A stretch of DNA of 64,000 nt from Candidatus Nomurabacteria bacterium (GTDB lineage Bacteria > Patescibacteriota > Patescibacteriia > UBA1558 > GWA2-36-10): NCBI GenBank assembly GCA_020632415.1, contig JACKFO010000002.1, positions 578,732-642,731 on the forward strand, written 5' to 3'. Below, piece by piece: positions 57,652 to 64,000 of the stretch; within the stretch, counting starts at the first letter, position 1; the number at the start of each line of letters is the position of its first letter. The notes under the pieces are model-generated. The model was given only the letters and a program-made list of their open reading frames with translations. It did no database searches and was not told where the DNA came from. A program made the position numbers and the translations under genes.

Positions 57652-60609
57652 ATGCTCCAAGTAATCACTAAGCGTAATGGCCAAAACGAACAATTTGACC
57701 AGAACAAAATTACTTCTTCCTTAAAAGAAAGCATTGTCAGCGTGGGCTTAAAAGACAATCCCCTGGCTCCCAAGCTCAGTGAAGAAGTTATGAGCTACCT
57801 GAGTGAAAATCATGAGCTTAGTGCAATTACTACTGACGATATCCGCAGTGCAGTCAATATTGTTTTGTTAGAAAATGACTTGCCTCAAGTAGCCAAAGCT
57901 TACTTTAAGCATCGTGATCAAAAAAAATCTCCCAAAACCCAAAGCAGCGAAGTCAAAAAAATCAAAAAGAGAGACGGTAGCATTGTTGACTTTGATCAAA
58001 CCAAAGTAGCTACCGCCATTCAGAAGGCAGGCCTAGCCACTGGTGAATTTGATGCTCCAGAAGCGCAAAAATTAGCTGATATTGTGATCGGCGTTTTGGA
58101 TCATAAATTTGACGGTCATATTATCCCTAGCGTTGAAGAAATCCAAGATGTGATTGAGATCATTTTGATTCAATCCAACTGGGCCAAAACCGCCAAAGCT
58201 TTTATTCTTTATCGTGAGCAGAGAAAAAAAGCTAGACTTGAACACGGCAAAGAAGTGACTTGCCAAGAAGTCAAAGACTTAGAAGAGAAAAATGTCTTTT
58301 TGAGCAAACAGGCCAAACATATTTTAAATCAATCAACCAATTTTGATACTTTGGGTCGAATTATTTTTTTGGATCGTTATTCAATCAAAGAAAAAAGAGA
58401 AGATATTGAACGCGGTGATTTGGTGATTGTGATTACCAAAGAAGACCGCAAATATCCAAAAAAAGATTTGGGTATTATCAAAGAAATGCTAGAAGGTGAC
58501 AGAGTGATTTTAGAAATGTTGACTGGCATTTATGCTGACGCTGAAAACAACTTTGAATTCACTCAAGACTTATACAAATGCGACAAGCCAATCGAATCAA
58601 TCGCCGATTCTCATCGTCGTATTGCCAAAGCTGTTGCTTCTGTCGAAAAATCCGATGAAAAAAAACAACAATCTTTTGAAAGCTTTTTTGAAGAACTACA
58701 CGAAAAACACATTCAGCCAGCTGGTCGAATTATGACCGGTGCCAATGTTGATACCAAAGACCACTATACCGCCAATCTGACTTTATTTAATTGCTACGTC
58801 ATTCCTTCTCCTGCTGACTCTCGTCGCGGCATCATCCAAGACACGCTTTATCAGATGGTAGAGATCATGTCTCGCGGTGGTGGTGTAGGCATGTCCTTGA
58901 GCGCTCTTCGCCCTCGCTATGCTTATGTCAAAGGCGTCCACGGCAAATCATCAGGCTCAGTTTCTTGGGGTGGACTTTTCTCTTATACAACTGGCTTGAT
59001 TGAGCAAGGCGGCTCCCGCCGAGGGGCTTTGATGCTGATGCAATGGGACTGGCATCCAGATGTCATCAATTTTATTGAAAGTAAAACCCAAGCAGGCATG
59101 ATCGAAAATGCCAATATCTCAGTGATGGTTTCCGACAAATTTATGGAAGCAGTCAAAAATGATAGTCCTTGGAATTTGGAATTTCCAGATTACGAAAGTC
59201 CAAACATCAAAGAAATTTATGAAAAAAATTGGACTGGCGATTTACATGCTTGGAAAAAAATGGGCTACCCAACTCGCGTTTACAAAACTATTCCTGCTCG
59301 CGAACTTTGGAACAAGATTATTGGCTCTGCTCATGCTTCTGCTGAACCAGGCATTGTCTTTATGGAACGTTACAATAAGATGTCAAACTCTTATTATTTC
59401 AACAACGTCATTGCCACCAACCCTTGTGGCGAACAAGGACTTCCTGGTTGGGGTGTCTGTAATTTAGGTCATTTATACTTAGCTTCTTTTGCTGAAAATG
59501 TTGGCGAAGATCAAACTGGCCCACTATACAAGATGAACTGGAACGCTTTGAAAAAATCTGCCCGCACTTTGACTCGCTTTTTAGACAATGTGATTGATTT
59601 GACTCCTTACTATTTCAAAGAAAACGAAGACAACCAAAAATCCGAACGCCGAATTGGCGGTGGAACCTTGGGCTTAGGAGAATTGTTGATCAAATTACGC
59701 ATGCGTTATGGCTCTGATGAATCTCTAGAGTTCATCGACAAAATCTACAGCACAATCACTGAAGAAATGTACAAAGCCTCAGCAGAGCTTGCGGAAGAAA
59801 AAGGCGCCTTTCCAAAATTCGAAGCCGACAAATTCTTAGAATCTGGCTTTATGAAAACTATGCCCGAGTCTGTTCGAGAAATCATCCGTGAAAAAGGTAT
59901 TCGTAATGTCACTTTGACCACCCAAGCTCCAACTGGTACCGTCGGCTCAATGCTTGGCACTTCAACTGGCATTGAACCATATTATGCTTTCAAATTCTTT
60001 AGACAAAGCCGTTTAGGATTTCATGAAGTCTTTATTCCTTTGGCTGAAATCTATCAAAATGCCGAAGAAAAATTACCAGACTTTTTTGCTTCAGCGATGG
60101 ACTTAAGTCCGATGGATCACATCCGTGTCCAAGCTGCTGTCCAACGCTGGACTGACTCCTCTATCTCCAAAACTGCCAATGCACCAGCAAACTTCACCGT
60201 CGAAGAAACTGCTGAGCTTTATGAAAAGGCTTATGAACTTGGTTGCAAAGGCGTGACAATTTATCGTGATAATTCTCGTACCGAACAAGTTTTGTCAACT
60301 GACGCTAATACGGAAAAGAAAAATCTTTCTTACAATGGAAAAAATACCGAAACTGGCAAAGGAGCAATCGAAGAAAAAGAACCAGTCGTCGCTTTTGCAG
60401 AAATTGATAAGGTGGAAATGCTAGAAATGCAAAATCCCAAAAAACATTTTGAATTAAAACAAGAAGTAGAAGAAGAAACTGAACTCAAATACAGCTCCAC
60501 AGCCGGAGATATTTGCCCACAATGTAAACAAGGCGTGATGGTTAAGCTCGGAGGCTGTACAGAATGTAGTAAACAGTGTGGTTTCAAAGGAAGTTGTGAT
60601 ATGAAATAG
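57652..60609 (+). CDS. nrdJ: Class II (adenosylcobalamin-dependent) ribonucleotide reductase with two N-terminal ATP-cones and a C-terminal Cys4 zinc ribbon
   Basis: Two ATP-cone signatures (VITKRNGQNEQFDQNKI; VKKIKKRDGSIVDFDQTKV). Catalytic NPCGEQGLP. C-terminal CPQC…CTEC. Start moved to ATG 57652 (MLQVITK). The upstream part of the ORF-track ORF is AT-rich leader. Confidence 0.9.
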   Translation: MLQVITKRNGQNEQFDQNKITSSLKESIVSVGLKDNPLAPKLSEEVMSYLSENHELSAITTDDIRSAVNIVLLENDLPQVAKAYFKHRDQKKSPKTQSSEVKKIKKRDGSIVDFDQTKVATAIQKAGLATGEFDAPEAQKLADIVIGVLDHKFDGHIIPSVEEIQDVIEIILIQSNWAKTAKAFILYREQRKKARLEHGKEVTCQEVKDLEEKNVFLSKQAKHILNQSTNFDTLGRIIFLDRYSIKEKREDIERGDLVIVITKEDRKYPKKDLGIIKEMLEGDRVILEMLTGIYADAENNFEFTQDLYKCDKPIESIADSHRRIAKAVASVEKSDEKKQQSFESFFEELHEKHIQPAGRIMTGANVDTKDHYTANLTLFNCYVIPSPADSRRGIIQDTLYQMVEIMSRGGGVGMSLSALRPRYAYVKGVHGKSSGSVSWGGLFSYTTGLIEQGGSRRGALMLMQWDWHPDVINFIESKTQAGMIENANISVMVSDKFMEAVKNDSPWNLEFPDYESPNIKEIYEKNWTGDLHAWKKMGYPTRVYKTIPARELWNKIIGSAHASAEPGIVFMERYNKMSNSYYFNNVIATNPCGEQGLPGWGVCNLGHLYLASFAENVGEDQTGPLYKMNWNALKKSARTLTRFLDNVIDLTPYYFKENEDNQKSERRIGGGTLGLGELLIKLRMRYGSDESLEFIDKIYSTITEEMYKASAELAEEKGAFPKFEADKFLESGFMKTMPESVREIIREKGIRNVTLTTQAPTGTVGSMLGTSTGIEPYYAFKFFRQSRLGFHEVFIPLAEIYQNAEEKLPDFFASAMDLSPMDHIRVQAAVQRWTDSSISKTANAPANFTVEETAELYEKAYELGCKGVTIYRDNSRTEQVLSTDANTEKKNLSYNGKNTETGKGAIEEKEPVVAFAEIDKVEMLEMQNPKKHFELKQEVEEETELKYSSTAGDICPQCKQGVMVKLGGCTECSKQCGFKGSCDMK

Positions 60610-60614
60610 TTAAT

Positions 60615-60642
60615 GCCCTGCCCTTCACCGGGCAGGGATTTT
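60615..60642 (+). terminator. Rho-independent terminator of nrdJ
   Basis: CCCTGCCC-TTCACC-GGGCAGGG followed by ATTTT, 5 nt after the stop. Confidence 0.7.
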
Positions 60643-60654
60643 AGTAAAAATTAT

Positions 60655-61524
60655 ATGGAAAACCAGATAAAATATAAAAATAAAATATCATTAAACCAAG
60701 CTAAAAAAAAGATAATAGCACACGCTTTTTCTGTAAACTATCCAATATTTGATAAAAATTATAATAGTATAAAATTAAAAAATGTTGAGGATGTTTCTAA
60801 TTATCTAAAACAAAATAACTATGATTTAGAGTCTCTGGCTGAAAAATGCCGCGATTATACAGAAAGAGTGCCTCTATTCGAAAATTTACTTTCTACAACA
60901 TGGCAAGTAATAAGTAGTTTTAAAAACGCAGATGATGCTACTAACAAAAACGGGTCTATTTCTTTAGTTAATGAGTCCACTGGAAAAACAGAGCTTGAAA
61001 TTAAAAGTAATGGAGAATTTGCCTTCTCTCCTTATCAATCAAAATTTGAAAAAGCAGTGAAATATTTAAATATGGCTGTAAATAATGCCTCTTTTGAAGA
61101 TTTTCTAACTGCAATCACGTCTGGTATTTCTAGCATAGAAACCTACCTTAATTACCGTGCAGGTTTATACAACAATTTACACTCAAATGAAAAATTAATA
61201 GATAACCAACTTATCAAAGTACGCTTTGAAGATAAAATAGATTGGTGGATACCAAAAATGACAAACAAAAAAATAGACAAGAGCGCCGACTCTTGGAGAC
61301 ACTTTAAAGAACTAAAAAATAAAAGAGATAAATTGGATCAACATAATCATAATATCCCTATAGGAGGAACCTACGTGGACTTGTGTCAACTAATTAATAA
61401 ATTTCGATCCGGCATAGCTCAATTTATTAACGATCTACATGTTATTTTTAATGAAAAAACACCAACGTGCGTAATTAATGCCATCTATATGCCTGATGTG
61501 GAAATTATAAATAATAATAAATAA
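60655..61524 (+). CDS. Hypothetical protein (290 aa)
   Basis: ORF beginning MENQIKYK. The ORF-track extension from 60613 reads through the nrdJ terminator and is rejected. No recognisable motifs. Confidence 0.5.
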   Translation: MENQIKYKNKISLNQAKKKIIAHAFSVNYPIFDKNYNSIKLKNVEDVSNYLKQNNYDLESLAEKCRDYTERVPLFENLLSTTWQVISSFKNADDATNKNGSISLVNESTGKTELEIKSNGEFAFSPYQSKFEKAVKYLNMAVNNASFEDFLTAITSGISSIETYLNYRAGLYNNLHSNEKLIDNQLIKVRFEDKIDWWIPKMTNKKIDKSADSWRHFKELKNKRDKLDQHNHNIPIGGTYVDLCQLINKFRSGIAQFINDLHVIFNEKTPTCVINAIYMPDVEIINNNK

Positions 61525-61578
61525 GTATAATAAAAAACAATTCCTTAGATAAAATAACTTTATGAAAACAATTTTATT

Positions 61579-62190
61579 ATGAAATATTATTTTTCCTCAT
61601 TTAAAATCGGCGATGAGCCGAAGAAACTAAAATCTTTACTCCCTGATAATCCTCAGGCTGTTTATATATCAAATGGTTTAGACTTTGCTAGTCCAGAGGG
61701 CAAAAAGAAGCATCAAGATTGGGACCTAAGAGAGCTAAAAGAAATCGGCATTGTTGCCGAGCCTTTAGATTTACGAGAATATTTTGGCAAACAAAATGAA
61801 CTAAGGAATAAATTAGAAGACGTAGATCTTATCTATGTAAGTGGCGGTAATGTCTATGACCTTCGGATAGCCATACACCTTAGTGGTTTTGATCAAATTT
61901 TGTGCAATGACCTTGTTAAGACTGACAAAGTCTACGCTGGCTACAGCGCAGCTGTCTGTGTCTTATCGCCAACGTTAAAAGGCTATCACATAGTAGACAA
62001 GCCTGATAACAAGCTCTATGGAGACCATGAGACTCTCTGGGACGGCCTTGGTCTTATTGACTGGCAATTTGCACCTCATTTTAATTCAGATCATTCAGAA
62101 TCAGAAGATATCAATCAAGAAATCGCATACTACGAAGAACATAACATGAAATACCGAAGCCTAAAAGATGGAGATGTAATTATAGAATAA
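61579..62190 (+). CDS. Peptidase S51 / type-1 glutamine-amidotransferase-like (dipeptidase-E-like) protein
   Basis: LIYVSGGNVYDL … VYAGYSAAVCV resembles the S51 nucleophile elbow. Confidence 0.45.
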   Translation: MKYYFSSFKIGDEPKKLKSLLPDNPQAVYISNGLDFASPEGKKKHQDWDLRELKEIGIVAEPLDLREYFGKQNELRNKLEDVDLIYVSGGNVYDLRIAIHLSGFDQILCNDLVKTDKVYAGYSAAVCVLSPTLKGYHIVDKPDNKLYGDHETLWDGLGLIDWQFAPHFNSDHSESEDINQEIAYYEEHNMKYRSLKDGDVIIE

Positions 62191-62225
62191 GGACTAAAAA
62201 GACTTAGTAGCTTTGAAAAATTTTA

Positions 62226-62459
62226 TTGATAATAATTTATAACATGCCTCAAATAACTCCCGGAAAATATCTGCACTACAAAGGCCAAGAATATAAAGTT
62301 TTAGGTGTCGCTAAGCACAGCGAAACTTTAGAAGACCTAGTTGTCTACCAAGCATTGTATGGCGAAAAAGGACTTTGGGTCAGGCCTTTGAAAATGTTTT
62401 TGGAAAATGTAGAAGTTGATGACAAACTTATGCCGAGGTTTAAATTTATCGGAAAATAA
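62226..62459 (+). CDS. DUF1653 family protein
   Basis: GKYLHYKGQEYKVLGVAKHSETLEDLVVYQALYGEKGLWVRP is the DUF1653 signature. Confidence 0.6.
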   Translation: MIIIYNMPQITPGKYLHYKGQEYKVLGVAKHSETLEDLVVYQALYGEKGLWVRPLKMFLENVEVDDKLMPRFKFIGK

Positions 62460-62523
62460 AAAATCGCCTCAATCTTCTTCAGATATATTGGCGAATGAAA
62501 CTTGAGAGCTCGTCGAGAGCTTT

Positions 62524-62805
62524 CTAGGCTTCGACCGGCATCAGAGGCAGATCCAGATCCTTGAACTTCATCCAAGCGCAAAAGCCGTTAGGCCAAGAAA
62601 CCTTGACGCAGACCGTGCTCTTTTCCGGACTGACCAACTCAGCGACCTGACCTGGTTCCTTGGGCGGATAGCGCAAGCGACCATTGGAACGAACCTCCTG
62701 ATGCAACTTCACAAGGCGTGCGCCATCGCTCAAGGCAATGATCTTCTCGTCTTCTCCAAGAGTGACATCGTAGCCACTCACTCGCCTAACCTGCTGCTGA
62801 GACAT
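62524..62805 (-). CDS. GC-rich orphan small protein (93 aa), third gene of a three-gene foreign cassette
   Basis: GC ~55%. A T-run-flanked hairpin lies at 62898-62930, between this gene and the one upstream. Confidence 0.45.
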   Translation of the reverse strand: MSQQQVRRVSGYDVTLGEDEKIIALSDGARLVKLHQEVRSNGRLRYPPKEPGQVAELVSPEKSTVCVKVSWPNGFCAWMKFKDLDLPLMPVEA

Positions 62806-62950
62806 CTGCTGCTCCCAAAAATGAAAATGGACTGTTTAGACCAAGAAGTATACTGCATTTATTACTTTTTGTCAATAGTAAATAAAAAATCGCTCTAAGC
62901 ACTTCACCTTTTTTGCAAAAAAAGTGAAACACCTAGAGCGACCAGATCGC

Positions 62951-63205
62951 TTACTTTTGACTGATTCCGAAATGCCAAAGTAGCACCCAAATAGTGTCTT
63001 CAGAGCCACTGACCAAAAGCTGATCGCAACGACTCAGAGCTTGCTCAACCCTCCCAGAAACAAACCTCAAATCACGGGCTTCGTATTCATCAGCCGTCTG
63101 CTCTGTTCTGAGTCTATAATCGTCCAAAGTAGCTCGCACCAAAGCAATTCCGTGTTCCACGTTCATAGCTTTGGCGTTGATCTGAGGATAACGATTGTCT
63201 GGCAT
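62951..63205 (-). CDS. GC-rich orphan small protein (84 aa), second gene of the cassette
   Basis: GC ~52%. Starts 26 nt after the stop of the upstream gene. Confidence 0.45.
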   Translation of the reverse strand: MPDNRYPQINAKAMNVEHGIALVRATLDDYRLRTEQTADEYEARDLRFVSGRVEQALSRCDQLLVSGSEDTIWVLLWHFGISQK

Positions 63206-63231
63206 CTGAACTCCCTCCTGCTGACCGCTGT

Positions 63232-63540
63232 TTATTTATGACCATTGCCGTTTGGCAACTCGATCCACAAATCTTTCCTAGCCAACAGACGTCTCGCTCC
63301 CTCCAAATTACCACACTCCAAATGTGGCACGCACTCTTGAAATGTAGCAAGACACTGTTTAAGCGACTCTAGGTTCGGCTTCTCCCCTTTTCTGATTTTT
63401 TCTTCCTGACCCCTCAAATCTTCCAACATTTGTTGAGTCAAAACCGCAAAAGCCCGATCAATACTCTCTATTGGTTTAATCCTAGGAGATTTTCTGATGT
63501 GTTCTCTGGTGATAATTGGACGACCGATCTGCTCTGCCAT
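63232..63540 (-). CDS. GC-rich orphan small protein (102 aa), first gene of the cassette
   Basis: GC ~50%. Contains …CVPHLEC…. Diverges from the AT-rich gene at 63669. Confidence 0.45.
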   Translation of the reverse strand: MAEQIGRPIITREHIRKSPRIKPIESIDRAFAVLTQQMLEDLRGQEEKIRKGEKPNLESLKQCLATFQECVPHLECGNLEGARRLLARKDLWIELPNGNGHK

Positions 63541-63668
63541 TGTTCTGCCCTTTCTTATTCCTTAAAGATCAATGATTAACAACATCTTAAAACTCAAAAA
63601 AATATTTGTCAACGTAGCCAAAAACAATAAATTGTGCGAAAATTAAGAAAAGAATTAAAATAAATTTT

Positions 63669-63950
63669 ATGGCCCAAGCAGATGATCGAAAAATAAAAGA
63701 TTTTTTAAACACTCCCGACAAAGACTTGTTGATGTTGATCAACAAACAATACGGCACGCCAAATGCTGATCTAGCTAAATCAATTCTAGACTACCGTCTT
63801 TATGACACCATGATCGAGCTCACTCAGACTTTCAAAGAAACTCAAAAAGAAAGCATTAAACACAGCACCTACATGTTTTGGTTGGCAATTTTTATGGCAA
63901 GCATTGCCTTGTTGCAGTTAATCATCATTATCACACCTTTATTGGTTTAA
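63669..63950 (+). CDS. Small tail-anchored hypothetical protein
   Basis: 93 aa with a single C-terminal TM (FWLAIFMASIALLQLIIIITPLLV). Confidence 0.4.
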   Translation: MAQADDRKIKDFLNTPDKDLLMLINKQYGTPNADLAKSILDYRLYDTMIELTQTFKETQKESIKHSTYMFWLAIFMASIALLQLIIIITPLLV

Positions 63951-64000
63951 GCTAAAAATATGCAAAAACAAAACGGACAAATTCATGTTTATACTGGCGA

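Noticed and set aside
60613-60654. ORF-track start MPCPSPGRDF… for the gene after nrdJ
   Set aside because: These codons are the nrdJ terminator hairpin (CCCTGCCC…GGGCAGGG). The real start is the downstream ATG at 60655.

Overview
The window is AT-rich (~30-35% GC) with small-genome, CPR/Patescibacteria-like gene content on the standard genetic code. Housekeeping genes include rpsO-pnp, greA, lspA, mscL, rpiB-rpe and a class II RNR, alongside many small membrane proteins and a pilin-like protein with giant surface proteins. I found no transposases, CRISPR arrays or rRNA. The main feature is a mosaic of at least seven GC-rich (~47-56% GC) gene-sized insertions, each with its own GC-rich hairpin terminator and often a strong Shine-Dalgarno. 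The largest is a 5.3 kb two-gene island (9.8-15.1 kb) encoding large secreted proteins, one ending in a T9SS-type C-terminal sorting domain that a CPR host should not be able to use. It lies directly after a tyrosine recombinase/Smr gene pair and a 20-bp-stem inverted repeat. Other points: a tRNA Arg(TCT)-Lys(CTT)-His(GTG) operon with a textbook sigma70 promoter; a GC-rich MutS-domain-V ATPase fused to a ~430 aa unknown N-terminal domain right after the tRNAs; a repeat-bracketed accessory segment (34.5-38.9 kb) with a reiterated promoter/hairpin leader module; a copper operon (csoR, HMA-DsbD_2-cupredoxin membrane protein, copA); zur-zupT; an oxidative-stress cluster (trpR-like, Pfu-type ferredoxin, bcp, Fe/Mn-SOD, peroxiredoxin with a 9-Cys N-terminal extension); and two tandem giant beta-helix surface protein genes sharing ~1 kb of near-identical 3' sequence.
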